Positions 26,701 to 40,158 of a stretch of 64,000 nt of DNA are shown one piece after another. The stretch is from Glycera tridactyla. Its lineage: Eukaryota. Position numbers and translations under genes: made by a program. The notes under the pieces are model-generated. The model did no database searches. It saw only the letters and a program-made list of their open reading frames with translations, and was not told where the DNA came from. Position 1 is the first letter of the stretch. Each line of letters starts with the position of its first letter. The stretch spans positions 71,858,001 to 71,922,000 of the forward strand of contig OZ286467.1 of the NCBI GenBank assembly GCA_965644265.1. Direction: 5' to 3'.

Positions 26701-29700
26701 GAAGCTATAGGTCCACAGCTGTGTGATCCATGCAGTCCTGATTCAGTTTTCGAGATGGCTGATTAATTGAATAATGAATCAGATCAGCATTAGGCAGAAT
26801 AAGTTGATTTTGATGATGGCCGCAGGCAGCTAGTTATCGTCAGTGTGGTGGCGATTCACCTTGCCTCCGTCCTAATACAATTGTCTCCCGTCTCTGTATG
26901 TGTCATTCCACCTGCTGTCCTCCAGCATTTCTCTCCATCTTCTACGCTTGGAATTCTTCAGCTTCCATAGAAGGCATCTGCGGGATTCGCTTCATGCCCT
27001 ATGATGACCGTCACTATCCCGCAGCAAGCAATTTCAAGCCTGACTATCGGTTGTTCTGACTCCTGTCTTTGTTGGGCGTGCTCTCCTCCATCTACACTGA
27101 TACTTCTTACTGGCTTTCCATAGCAGTATTAAAAAAAATTGTGAATTTTTTATCACAAATGATAGATTTATGTTTCACCTTTGGCACATAGCAATCTTTT
27201 TTCCAATGTGTCAGCATTTTTTCTCTCAAATGTGTCTGGAAGAGGAATTCAGAAATCTCAATCACAGATGTCAATATCATGTTTCACTTTCTCCACGTAG
27301 TATTCGTTCTCGAATGAGAAGTCAATCTTCACTTTCATATTGATTTCTGACAGAACTCTACCAGATTATTTATTTGTGATATTCCACTTGTACACTCCTT
27401 GTTTGGCATGGCAAGGGCATTCAGTAGNNNNNNNNNNNNNNNNNNNNNNNNNNNNNNNNNNNNNNNNNNNNNNNNNNNNNNNNNNNNNNNNNNNNNNNNN
27501 NNNNNNNNNNNNNNNNNNNNNNNNNNNNNNNNNNNNNNNNNNNNNNNNNNNNNNNNNNNNNNNNNNNNNNNNNNNNNNNNNNNNNNNNNNNNNNNNNNNN
27601 NNNNNNNNNNNNNNNNNNNNNNNNNNNNNNNNNNNNNNNNNNNNNNNNNNNNNNNNNNNNNNNNNNNNNNNNNNNNNNNNNNNNNNNNNNNNNNNNNNNN
27701 NNNNNNNNNNNNNNNNNNNNNNNNNNNNNNNNNNNNNNNAGGTATGATGAGTAAGGGTCAGGTGATGATGGGGATGAAGAAGGTCCATGTCCCCAGTGCT
27801 CTCTTCTGCTTGATCAGTCAGCATTCCAGATACATTCTGACAGCTCCCACCCCCTGATCTTACTCTCCCACCACTGCTGCTCTCAACCACAGCAACCCTC
27901 TCAACACCATATATGCTTCATACCCATCTGCTGGGAGAGTCCAGCTGGAAACTTCATTATAGCTCATCTCACAAAGATGCAGGTGGTGAATCTCTATCTA
28001 TTCCATATCCGGTATTATAATATGAAAAGCCTGGATTATAGAACCCTCATTGAAAACTTTTACCTTTGTCATTTTATCCAGACTTTTGATTTCATGCTTA
28101 TTTCACCTTTTGGTGACATTTGTGGTCCCAGGAAAATTTCTTCCAAAAAGTAAATGTGCTGGGAGGATGGGAAAGAATAGAGAGGGATATGGTATTATTG
28201 ATGAGTTTGGTGCTTGTCGATGTTATGTTTTGAGAGGAAGATTGTTTATATTGAGATTAGCTGTGTTGAAGAGATGGCTTTTCATGATGTGGGGTTGTAT
28301 GGGTCCATCACTCTTAATGGACTGACCCAGATGGCGACNNNNNNNNNNNNNNNNNNNNNNNNNNNNNNNNNNNNNNNNNNNNNNNNNNNNNNNNNNNNNN
28401 NNNNNNNNNNNNNNNNNNNNNNNNNNNNNNNNNNNNNNNNNNNNNNNNNNNNNNNNNNNNNNNNNNNNNNNNNNNNNNNNNNNNNNNNNTGTTTGTNNNN
28501 NNNNNNNNNNNNNNNNNNNNNNNNNNNNNNNNNNNNNNNNNNNNNNNNNNNNNNNNNNNNNNNNNNNNNNNNNNNNNNNNNNNNNNNNNNNNNNNNNNNN
28601 NNNNNNNNNNNNNNNNNNNNNNNNNNNNNNNNNNNNNNNNNNNNNNNNNNNNNNNNATGAATTTTCATGATCACAATCTTTTCACATGCGCTTTCACATT
28701 ATATCAACTGATATCCACTATTTGAAAGTGCATATCATGGAAAGCATGAATTATCCAACAAAGAGAGATTGGGTTGGGAAGATTGTGAAGTCAGGCTGGC
28801 ATATTTTGCAATCTGCACTTGACTGAACTCCTATTCCACATTCCAGAGAAAAAGTATCAGATATATCAGATCTATAAATTGACTCTAGAAAAACTTTCAA
28901 ACCAATCCCACTTTGTAATTGAATCCCTTTATAATAGTTAGTTGCTCATCAGTAATTGGCTGTAAAAATATGTGACTGATCCAAAAAACAATAAAAGCCA
29001 CAATTATTTAGCTTTGGGATGATTTATTGACAGTCTAATCAGTTATAATTAACATGGTTTTATTCCTATGGACAGATTTTATCCTTCACCTGAGAATACG
29101 CTGATGACCTGAGACTAACTGCCCTCTTGTGGGAGGCAGGATGTAATGATGATGGTGTTCACACCTTGGTGTGAGCAGATGAGCATCTCCCCAGGTGCCA
29201 AGAGCTGGCTGAGACAGTAGCCATTAGATGAAACAGTATCCAGATGGTCGACCTTTTTTGGACTGGGACCTCTGCTGCATATCAGCCTTTTTGTCCGCTC
29301 TCATGGGACTCTACATAAACTTTTTCGTACATGTATATTGGCAGTTGTAGGTATATTGAAAGTGGTCCATAGGGGATTGGGTTTTAGTTACGACAGGGCT
29401 CTACATTGGTCAGTACATAGCCAATTACGTCCTCTCAAAATTTTAGGGGCAGCTGGCTCCTAACTTTTAAAATATGGTAGACAGAGGGTACAGGCTGCAA
29501 TGTAGAGCCCTGCATGGTGTTCTGTCTTCAAAATCAATTCATCACTTTTTCATCAATTTGCTCTCTTCCATCAGGAGACTGAGTTTGGTCTTTTCACTCT
29601 CCCAGAACCCAACTCACTCTCCCCAGGATTTGGGAGAGTGGCTAAATTTGATCTGGAAGTTTTTCTTTCCTCCCGTCTGTGCCCCAATCAGAAGAGCATA

Positions 29701-31445
29701 TGCTGATATTGTCAGTTGTGGATCTAGTGTTAATGTGTTATGAGTGACACTGTGGCCTGTTTTATTGCTCCAGTATAACTCTGATTAGCCATCTCTTCAG
29801 CCGATCACAGACATCTCTCCAGCCAATCCTAGCCATATAGCTAGCTCGGATTTATGAGGAATGAGGTGGTGAAATCATGTCTCTATCCCCCTGTGTCATA
29901 AATGAAAGTTTCTGTGTTCATTCCATGTACCGGAAGAGATGCTAACCATCATGATTTGCGAGGATTGATCACTCTTTTTGAGCCCAAATTTTGCCGTTAA
30001 ATGGGTAACAAGGCATTGAGGATCTTATCTGAGCATTGAGGATACTGCCAACATTACTTTTAAAAACGGGCATTATTACTATTTCTTGTCGTCATGGGTT
30101 GACATCTCTGTACTGGTTAATTGGACATACACATTTTCAAATTTGGTCGTATCTGGATTTTTTGTGGATGAATGTATGATAGTTATTCGAGAATCTTCAT
30201 TTGAATTTGCTACCAAAATTGAAGAGCTGCAATGGTTAGAGTCTTTCAAGCTTGATGTCAGACACAATCAGGAAGTTGTCTGTTACGAAGATATGGCACA
30301 AATTGTACCAAAATCAGGAAATCAATTCTCTATCAGTAGTTTCTGGATTGAACCTCTGCAGCTTAAATTTGCAACCTTGACAGGGGGGGGGGGGGGGGGG
30401 GGTTGTGTCTCACAAGAAATTCACAAAATTTCAAGTGATTTTGATGGTTGGCCTCTCACATCTCTGGCAGCAGTAGGTACCTACTATGACAAATCAATGC
30501 TTTACGGTTAGAGTCTGATATTCGATGTATCCTACAATGAGCGACACATTCAATTCCCTGAGTTTGGTCCATCACCAGGGTCATGAGATTGCTTTGTGAA
30601 ACATACAGTAAAACCTGTCTATAGTGAAAAGTCACGGGCCAGATTTTTCTTTTCACTGTAGACAGGATTTCACTATATACAGTTGGAAAGAAAACGTTCG
30701 GGCCAGATTTTTCTTTTCACTGTAGACAGGATTTCACTGTGGACAGGATTTCACTATAGCAGGTTTTACTGTAGTTTCATTCTAGCTTCATTCAATTTTT
30801 GTAACCGCCAAATAGGAGATGGCAGTGTCTGTTGCTATGATTTTTAAGGAAAACCATTGCAATGATGGCAGCTGTTTCAAACTGGAGATTTTCTATACTT
30901 GAATGGAATAACTGTTGGTTACAATGTGGGATCTTGTGGGGAGTATATGCACAGGGGAGTTGTGTGTTGATGATATGAGTAAGCTCTGTGAGTAAGCTCC
31001 GTGAGTAAGCACGTTCGGTGCCAACTTGTCATTTTATAGTCGCTCCTCTTGCCTCATCCCGAGTCATCCCACTACAACTCCACAGCACCCGCGGGAACCC
31101 GTGAAGCTTTTAGAGTTATCATAAATGTACTGCAATGGGGGCCTGATGATCCCGCCTTGTCTGATAACTACCAAGGGTGTAATCATGCAGACCCATGCGG
31201 GAGGCACGGTACCATCGCTCACGAATGCTTTGTCCCTCACTGTGTTTCTCAGCCATTCGTCTCCAGGGTTGCTCTGAAAAACATGCATATATTTCCAACT
31301 TTATTGATGTGGAAACTGCATACATTGCTTTCTATTCTAGTGACACAAACACTGATTTATCACATGGAAGAGCACACCTTACAAAGGGTTACGAATAGGG
31401 CATGGTAGAGCCCTGATTTGAAGCGGAGATACTAGTTTCCTTGTA

Positions 31446-32352
31446 CAGTAAAACCTCTTTTGTGAGACTGCCCCAAATGTCAAGCAAAATCGGTCGGTAA
31501 AGAGGAGGTGAAAACACAAGGCGATTTCCAATACGTACATTCAACTCGCGACTGGTGATAAACGAATATAGTTCCACGCATCCGAACATCGCCAAATCGA
31601 TGACAATATCCTATATTTGCATACCAGGCGACCATTTTCGAAGAAATATCGACATTTTGGCCATGATCGTGATAAATGCACTTGTGACAAGACATGATAG
31701 CATCCATGTCCGCCATCTTGCTCCATGTTGTTCTCATTCGACTAACGACACAAAATATAGCCGAATCGATATTTCTACCAGACTTGCATATAGAACGACC
31801 GTATTTCGAGAAATATCGGTAATGCCGCCATAATAGAGGTAAATTTATTTGGAAAAAATCACATCCAATCGAGGGTTCTCATCCAGTGTCAGAAGACCGC
31901 CATCTTGTTTTCTTGATGATCATGTGATGGCAGTTCACAGTGTCAGCCCATGTGTACGAATGCGTTTCGCATAAAGATCGCTATTTAGACGTGTTGATTC
32001 GTTGATAAAGACATTTACAGTGACCGATTGTTGGGAATCAGTGGAGCCTGTCACCGCTAGCGGCCAAACAAATGGGCTGGGGGTGATAGAAACTGAGCAG
32101 TCGTGGCAAGGTGAGCATAAGTGAAGCCATGCGTCTAGTTTTCGGCGATTATCGCCCGGCCTGATCGCAAAACAGTCGTTCAAAGCAGGTTTTCAGATCG
32201 TTCCAGAGTGGTCGCTCAAAAGAGGTGGTCGCTCATAGCAGGGGTCGCACAATAGAGGTGAAATATATAAGAAAAACATTGTTGGCGGCAAATAGCGGTC
32301 GTTCGAGAGAGGTGGTCGCTCATTAGAGGGTCGCTCATAGCAGGTTTTACTG
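31446..32352. mobile_element. Long (907 bp) member of the TA-MITE family with CpG-rich interior
   Basis: TA-CAGTAAAACCT...AGGTTTTACTG-TA. Confidence 0.75.
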
Positions 32353-33394
32353 TAGTAGGAAAGCAGTCAGATGAAATTTTGGCTCAGAATTTTGAAACCA
32401 GTAGGTGCACTTTTGGCATTCTCAATTATCTAAGAACAGATTCGATTTCATGAAACTATGTGTGATAGTCGTTATAAATTGATATGAACAAATCTTTCTA
32501 GGTTAACACCAGACAGTCATGAATCATCCTGTGATATGATAGCAGAACATAACCTGCAGAGGTTTACAGATGCAACCCATATTGACCAGGAGAAAGCTCC
32601 TTCATCTATGCATTGGTCACCATGTTCGTAGGCCTTCTGTCGGACGTAGCGCGCCCTCAGTGTGTCTTTTGTAGCAGGTTTCACTGCACATCAGCAGGAA
32701 GACATGTCACAAGTGGGAGATTTGACTAGTGTAGAACGCGAGAGATGTATAGTCCGAGCTGGCCGCGTGACGACGGTGACCGCAGGCCCTGCTAATGTAC
32801 TCAGCTGCGTTCAAATCACATTTGCCGCCAACAAAGTAGCCAAAGTGAAAAGGAGAAATCCAGTTAGCCAGCCACGGCAAGATTCAATTCATTATTCACA
32901 GGGTACACTCACCCTGATTCTACTTTCCCGTCCCACCCTCATTCCAATGAATCGCTTTCTTGTATCCCGCAGCAACCCTCACCTGTCTTGCATGTGGTTT
33001 CCTCACATCAACTTGCTGCAAGATTGTAATGTGTCACTAAATCAATATTTATCATGTTTTGGTGCGGTGAAAAGCTGGAAAATGATTTTTTTTAAGTATA
33101 AGAAAGTAGATGAAGGTGGAAAGGGTGGCACAGCTTGTGTCAGGTTTGTGTCAAGTCATTTATCTTACACTGTCATTCAGCACAAAGGCTCGGAGCAGCC
33201 TGTGATTAAACATGCTTCACAATAAAATACCCATCAGCTCGACGATCCCGAGAAATTCATTCCCCACCACCCCTGCGCTTTCTCACCTTTTTTCATTGTG
33301 TCCAGTCTATTTTCCACCCTCATCCATTGAAAACAGGAATGTGATTATTCTTGGAATCTTTGGATATCAGTGAATTTCTCAAGCCTCATTTCTT

Positions 33395-35237
33395 TTTATA
33401 CCCCGCTTTTGAGAAAAAGCGGTGTATTATAGTTTCACCTCCGGCGTCCGTACGTACGTACGTCCGTCCGTCCGTCCGTCCGTCCGTCCGCTCACATTTC
33501 ATGCAATAACTTTGGATTGGCTGGTCCAATTCTCATAAAACTTCATAACTGTGATCTATGAAAAAATCGTATTCGAGAATTTGATTTTCGTACCCAAAGG
33601 TCAAAGATCAAGGTCACAGGAGCTATTTATAGATTTTCTTATTTTACACTCTAACTCAAGTTAGCCTAAATGGATATGCACCAAACTTACACAAAGTGAT
33701 GACCCAATGTTGGGCCACCTCCCTTTCGATGGATGTGACCCCAGGTCAAAGGTCAAGGTCACAGGAGCTATTTATAAATTTTCTTATTTTACACTCTAAC
33801 TCAAGTTACCCTCAATGGATATGCACCAAACTCAAGCAAAGTAATAACCTAATGGTAGGCCACATCTCTTTTGATGCGTGTGACCCTAAGTCAAAGGTCA
33901 AGGTCACAGGAGCTATTTATAGATTTCCTCATTTTACACTCTAACTCAAGCGAGCTTCGATGGATATGCACCAAACTTACGCAAAGTAATGACCTAATGG
34001 CAGGCCACCTCCCTTTTGATGCATGTGACCCCAGGTCAAAGGTCAAGGCTACAGGAGCTATTTATAGATTTTCCCATTTTATACTCTAATTCAAGCCAGC
34101 TCTGATGGATATTTACCAAACTTACACAATGTAATGACTTGATGGTAGGCCACCTCCCTTTCGATGCATGTGACCCCATGTCAAAGGTCAAGGTCACAGG
34201 AACTATTTATAGATTTTCCCATTTCACACTCTAACTCAAGCGAGATGGATATGCATCAAACTTACTTAAAGTAATGGTAGGCCACCTCCCTTCCTATGCA
34301 TGTGACCCCAGGTCAAAGGTCGAGGTCACAGGAACTATTTATAGTTTTTCCCATTTTACGCTCTAACTCAAGCGAGCTTTGATGGATATGCACCAAACAA
34401 AGTGATGACCTAATGGCAGGCCACCTGCCTTCCGATGCATGTGACCCCAGGTCAAAGGTCACGGTCACAGGAGCTATTCATAGATTTTCCCATTTCACAC
34501 TCTAACTCAAGCGAGCTTTGATGGATATGCACCAATCCTACACAAAGTAATGACCTAATGGTAGGCCACCTCCCTTTCGATGCATGTGACCCCAGGTCAA
34601 AGGTCAAGGTCACAGGAGCTATTTATATATTCTCCCATTTGCACTCTAACTCAAGAGAGCTCCGATGGATATGCACCAATCTTACACAAAGTAATGACCT
34701 AATGGTAGGCCACCTCCTTTACGATGCATTTGATCCTCGGTCAAAGGTCAAGGTCACAGGAACTATTCATAAATTTTCTCATTTCACACTCCAGCTCAAG
34801 CTTGCATTGATCGATATGCACCGAAGTTTCACAACGTAAAGACCCAATGGTGAGATATCTCCCATTTGATGCATGTGACCCTGTGTCAAAGGTCAAGGCC
34901 ATAGGAGCTATTTTTAAATTTCCGCATCCCACACAATAACTCAGGCTAGCATTGTTGGACGAAGATCAAACTGATCTGGGATGATCAAGCAAGGTTACAA
35001 CATCTCCCTTACAATGCATGTGACCCTAAGTCATAGGTCAAGGTTAATGTTTTAGGTGCTACTACATATGTATTAGATTTTCTCATTCTACACAGTGATC
35101 CAGTGACTTATTACATAGCCAACCAAACATCTCAATGACCTTTTCCGATATGGGTTACCCACTGTGCTCCAGTGTGCGATATGGGTCACCCACTATGCTC
35201 CCGTGTGCGGGGCATATTGCCCCTCTGTGGCCTTGTT
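33395..35237 (+). mobile_element. Helentron-type element with (GTCC)n and about 10-11 units of the 145-bp array
   Basis: Same termini as 22389-23718; 3' subterminal IR GCGGGGCATA; ends GGCCTTGTT. Confidence 0.88.
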
Positions 35238-35573
35238 GGTCAATATTGATGATATGTAAAGCCACTTTCAAAGACCAGACTTATGCATTGTTCTCAACAT
35301 ATAAGCAGGAAGAAGAAATAGCCTCCCACAACCCTAGGACAGGTAGATTTCTCCAAGGTGGGCTGGTAGATTTGAAATTCACCTTTCCAGCAGACAGGTG
35401 GAAAATGATGATAAATGCAAGAAAGATATAATGGGGGCAGGTTGAATTTCGAATGGGGCAGATTGTTTTGAGATATACTTGCCTGCTGGACAGGTGGATA
35501 TTTCGTGTGTCTTCTCACCCTTGAATCATCGTAATGTGTCATGTTATTCAATCGTGAATCTTTATGCTTGCAG

Positions 35574-35706
35574 ATTGCAGAAGCTGGTGAAGGATATCAA
35601 CAAGTATGTACAGAGTCAAGACCGTGGACCGTGGCCTCAGAATCGGGTGTCTGCCCTTGACCGCAGCCTTGGAGAAATCGGCCGCATCATTGAGAAGAGT
35701 GATAAG
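35574..35706 (+). CDS. SCAPER: SCAPER exon (LQKLVKDINKYVQSQDRGPWPQNRVSALDRSLGEIGRIIEKSDK)
   Basis: ttgcag acceptor, AAG/gtgggt donor; conserved SALDRxLGEI motif. Confidence 0.95.
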
Positions 35707-35742
35707 GTGGGTACTCTTCCGATGTTGTGATGTTCACAGTAA

Positions 35743-36077
35743 GGTCATGGACACACCTGTCAGTTTTTTGCCATCAGAATTCTGATAGTCATGAGAATTC
35801 TAATGAGAATGAACGCTCCTTCGTCAGTTTTTTAATCAATTTCTCTCAGTATGAGCCCACATCTGACACCCTTGGCTGACTCAGTAGAACCTGCTGATAG
35901 GCTTCCAAATCCATCAAAATCACTCACGGATTGAATGGTTCGAATACAGATTCAGATATGGATTTGAATTTGGACAGGTGTGTTCTGGATTGGTTCAAAC
36001 CTACGAGTGTGATTCTTTTCGATGGCCATCAGAATTCTGATCCAAATCCTGCAAAACTGATAGTTGTGTTCATAGCC
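35743..36077. mobile_element. PIF/Harbinger-type MITE, TAA TSD
   Basis: taa-GGTCATGGACACACCTGTCAGTTTT...AAAACTGATAGTTGTGTTCATAGCC-taa. Confidence 0.8.
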
Positions 36078-36349
36078 TAACTGCAATACACTGGATGAAT
36101 CCTTGAATGAAAAACATTACTTGATATGACGATGAATTCAAATGGATGCATTGATTATGTAAGTCATACAATGGAACTGGAAAAATACCTCTCATTGATG
36201 AGCATGGCGTCATCCGCAAGTTTTGTTGGACTTATCTTGATATGCCTGTATGTGTCTACTGTTTGACCTATCTTGTACGATTGGGCTGCGGTATTAATCA
36301 GAGAAAACAAATCATGGACTCATTATTTCATACGTTTGTCTTATTTTAG

Positions 36350-36465
36350 AATAGCGTAACGGAGCAGAATGCTTTACGAGGATGCGGAGGACTGAATGCC
36401 CTGTGTGCCGTACTACAAGTCATCGATGGCTCCACCTCAGATCTACCACCTGTAATACCCACTAA
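36350..36465 (+). CDS. SCAPER: SCAPER exon (NSVTEQNALRGCGGLNALCAVLQVIDGSTSDLPPVIPT-K)
   Basis: ttttag acceptor, AA/gtaagt donor; GGLxAL and IPxK motifs. Confidence 0.92.
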
Positions 36466-38878
36466 GTAAGTTCCCCAATTATCTGCGCATGTGATTGTTC
36501 TGTGGATCAGTGAATTTCCGTTGTTTTTCCCACCTCTAATGCAGCAATTAGAACTCTGAATCCTGTTATTTGATCATTGCAAATATTTGAATCTTGGTCA
36601 AATATACCTCCGACGAGAGACAGCCTATTTTGGAAGACACCTTTCTGGTGACATTTATGGCGGTCTCTCGTTGCAGCTTTCACTGCATTACTCTGGTTGC
36701 AGAAATACAACTCATAACAATTTTGGAGCAATTTTGGAGCAAAAATGTCTGCGTTTCATCTAAAATTCATGATTCTCTTATTTGATCATTGCATGTACTG
36801 ATATCATCAGTCTCAAAAATTGGCATCATCACTAATTTTGGTCATCTAAGGTTGGCATCACTATGGGTGAGTTGGGTTTGAGTGGAGATTTCACGCAGCA
36901 TATCGATCATGTAAAAGTGAGAAGGGTATGTGGGGAATATCATGAATGCAGTATTCCGGGGTTCGCAGATTCAAGTTGAAAAGTCTTGAGTGGCAAGTTC
37001 TGCTGGCTGTCATTCATCGGCCGTCGCATCCATCTGATAAGGAATATCAACATCTGCGGGAGCAGAATTATTCATAAACAACAAGAGACAGCAAAGGGCT
37101 GGACAGTGTGTCGCTTGTCCAGCGCTGTTTGTCGTTAATGGACGAAGGTCGTAGGTGACGTCCATTAATGCGGGACCCACAGGTGGCTACATTAACAATG
37201 GTTGATAATGCGTACGACAACACCCCGCGCTTCACGCCGCACCTCACTAATCACGCTCACCTACTTCGCCGCGCTATTGTTCACCCCCGCTTCTGTTTTC
37301 TCTCAAACCATTCATCGTTCGTTATTCCAATACACCCACTTTCATTCAGTTTCGGTCTAGCTGTTGTTTTTGCCCAATTCGGTCAATTCGAAGAATATCT
37401 CCAGACATTGCATTTTCTCACACACCAAATTTCTATCATTTTTGACTCGAGAGTATTTCATATCTTCATCAGCATGCGTAGCTCAAAACATGCATTTACC
37501 AATGTTCAATTTCTTGTACTTCGAGAAAATTGAACTTTCATGGCATGCATCCAAGCGGTGATATCAAATATCAGAGTGAGCTTGGAGTAATATCTTGTGA
37601 ATCAACCACAATGATCCTGATAAAATGAAAATTGAAAGTCTGAGAATTGCTGCAATTGTGAAACCTGCCACGAGAGACCGCCAAAAATAGCAGTCTTTCA
37701 AAAGAAGTGGTCTCTCATCAGAGGTGTATTTGACTATGTCGAACAGAAAAGCTGCCCTGGAAAAGCCATGTCTTGCGGAGGTGGTCTCTGATACCAGAGG
37801 GGAAATTGCTGGAAGTACCACATGTAATGTGGTGTGACAGATGTATGGAAAAAAGTCTCTGTTGTGTCTCATTAATTACTATTATGTATCACCGCATCAG
37901 ATAGGCATCTACTGGGCTTACATAATCCTCTTGCCATTAAACTGCAAGCCATCTACTGTGAGATGTGTTGAATGTATTTACAGTCAAACCTGCTCAAGAG
38001 ACCACTTTGTTTGTGACTGTGATAGTATTTTCCAAATTGAACAGCCCCTCATCAAAGATTGCTTGTCTGAGCCCAGTTTTTGATGCAACTAAGGGTGGTC
38101 TTTACAGGGATGATTTTACACTGTGCCCTGTGGCAAATGGCACATGAAGTTGTGAAAGGGCACATTAAACCATATACATTGTGCCTAGGAGGCACATGGA
38201 ATTTTCCATATTTTAATATCATTACATGGTTTGAGGCACACACAAATTCGAAATGGCACATGAAATCTGCATCAATGTGCCCAAAAGACCCATACATATT
38301 CCTGAGCAAGAAAATCCCTGTCTTTATACAGTGAAACCTGTGAGACCGCTCTTTATCGGCTCTTCTCTATTTGACATAGTCAAATATACCTCCAATGAGA
38401 GACCACCTGTCTTGAGAGACTACATTTCGTTGGCGTTTGGGGCGGTCTCCCAAGACAGGTTTTACTGTATACAGATTCACCTGTATTGGATCTTGAAAAT
38501 AAATTCACACCCTTCTACACCTTCGGTTGCCATTCAAGCAGTGTTGGCTCTGAGGCATGGCTGAAGCGAGACATTTGTCTCGCCACTATTCAAAATAGGA
38601 GACAATTTACACAAATATGAAACAAATGTTACAAGTGTTTGCTCAGGGTTGGACTGGAGTGAGACATTTGTCTCAAAATGTGAGACATACACTCAAATGT
38701 GAGACAAATGTCTCACAATCTCCCCTGATATCCAACTCTGCTCAAGTGGTCAGCATTCAAGACAGCACTCCTCAAATGGTCAGTAAGCTCCTAAGGCCCA
38801 TGTTCCTAGGATCCCACATGATTGCTGCAAAATCCATCACCAGCCGGTGCAATCAACCTGAGTAGTTTGGCTCGATAA

Positions 38879-39274
38879 TTATCTTGCGCGAGACGAGGGA
38901 GATCATTCTTATTCAAGTCGCCCTCGTTTGTGTGTCTGTCTGTCCGTCCGTCTGTCCACTTGATCCATATTTAGCTTGATGTGGCTGTCTTGGCTTCCTT
39001 CCCCGTGTCATCTCATCACTCGTGCGGAGCGAGCGGTCGAGTGTCGTCGGCTGACCGGTGTTGTCTTAGCGGTTAATCCCGTCATCTGCCCGTGTTGACA
39101 CAGACAGCGTCGAGTTCGCAATGTGGAAATCAACTTTCCATTAGTCCAAACATGGCGCTGTTATTAGATCGGTTCGCCGTGTTGACTCACGAAATATAGA
39201 TGAGTGCGCAAACTGGGCCACTCAGTGCAATTAGCCCAGGCAAGTGTTCTCACTTGACGGACTTTGCTATTGTT
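38879..39274 (+). mobile_element. Probable Helentron-type element (short)
   Basis: TT start, (GTCT/GTCC)n near the 5' end, 3' hairpin CAAGTG-TTCT-CACTTG, ends CTATTGTT; subterminal IRs weak. Confidence 0.45.
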
Positions 39275-39615
39275 ATTGTAGCCCCACTATTACCTTATAG
39301 TTGGCCAGAAGTTCAATCCAGGCTAGATGTGCGGTCCAGGCATACAAAAACGGTTTTTAAATCACATCACTGGACAAAAAACATCATCAGCATTGATTTT
39401 GCTGCATTCATTATCTATCGGGTAAGAGATGGACATTAGTATTACAAATTGTGTTGATCAATTACAGTGAAACCTGTGACAAGATGTCACCAAAAAGCGG
39501 TCCCTCAAAGGTGGTGGTCTCTTGTCGGAGGTATATTTGACTTAAATAGATTTTTTAAAAATTTTAGATAGAAAAAAAGACTATGTTGAATAGGATAGCT
39601 GCCCTGAAAAAAGCG

Positions 39616-40158
39616 ATCCAAAGAAGAGCAACAAAACTGGTGCCAGAGCTACGCGAACTAGAGTATGAAACACGGCTGGAGAGTCTGGAACTACCAACCA
39701 TGGCATAACGAAGGATCAGAGGGGACATTATTGAAGTCTGGAAATTCCTGTCAAGTAAATACCAGCTCGCATGCCATATCTTACCACTCCACACCGATGG
39801 CAGAACCAGAGGACACAGCAAAAAACTGAAAGTGCAATTTACCCGTTTGGAGTCCCGCCACAACTTTTTCCCGATCCGAGTTGCCCAGACATGGAACAAC
39901 CTACCGGATGAAGTGGTGAACTCTGAAACCATGAACACCCTGAAAGCAAGACTCGACAAGCTGTGGATGCCACTGAAATACGAACCAAAACTCCAGCACC
40001 CTATAACGGTCACTCCACATCCAAAAAATAAGTCACCGACTGGACCACGAATGAACCGGTACTAATGTCAATAGATGAGCAGCTGACAGGCTAAAAAGCC
40101 TACTCGCTTGAAGAGGATGTATGTATGTATGTATGTATGTATGTATGTATGTATGTAT
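39616..40158 (+). mobile_element. 5'-truncated CR1-clade LINE (ORF2 C-terminus, 3' UTR, (ATGT)n tail) inside TA-MITE 39465-40211
   Basis: IQRRATKLVPELRELEYETRLESLELPTMA*RRIRGDIIEVWK...RTRGHSKKL...FFPIRVAQTWNNLPDEVVNSETMNTLKARLDKLW; hairpin AGGCT-AAAA-AGCCT; tail 40117-40158. Confidence 0.92.

Noticed and set aside
29095-29220. C/D-box snoRNA-like arrangement with two hairpins
   Set aside because: Imperfect boxes, no terminal stem or recognisable rRNA guide
32662-33225. 187-aa + strand ORF
   Set aside because: No recognisable domain or exon context; not needed for the SCAPER frame
22440-35050. CRISPR-like appearance of regularly spaced repeats
   Set aside because: Whole 145-bp units are homologous (no unique spacers), eukaryotic context, no cas genes
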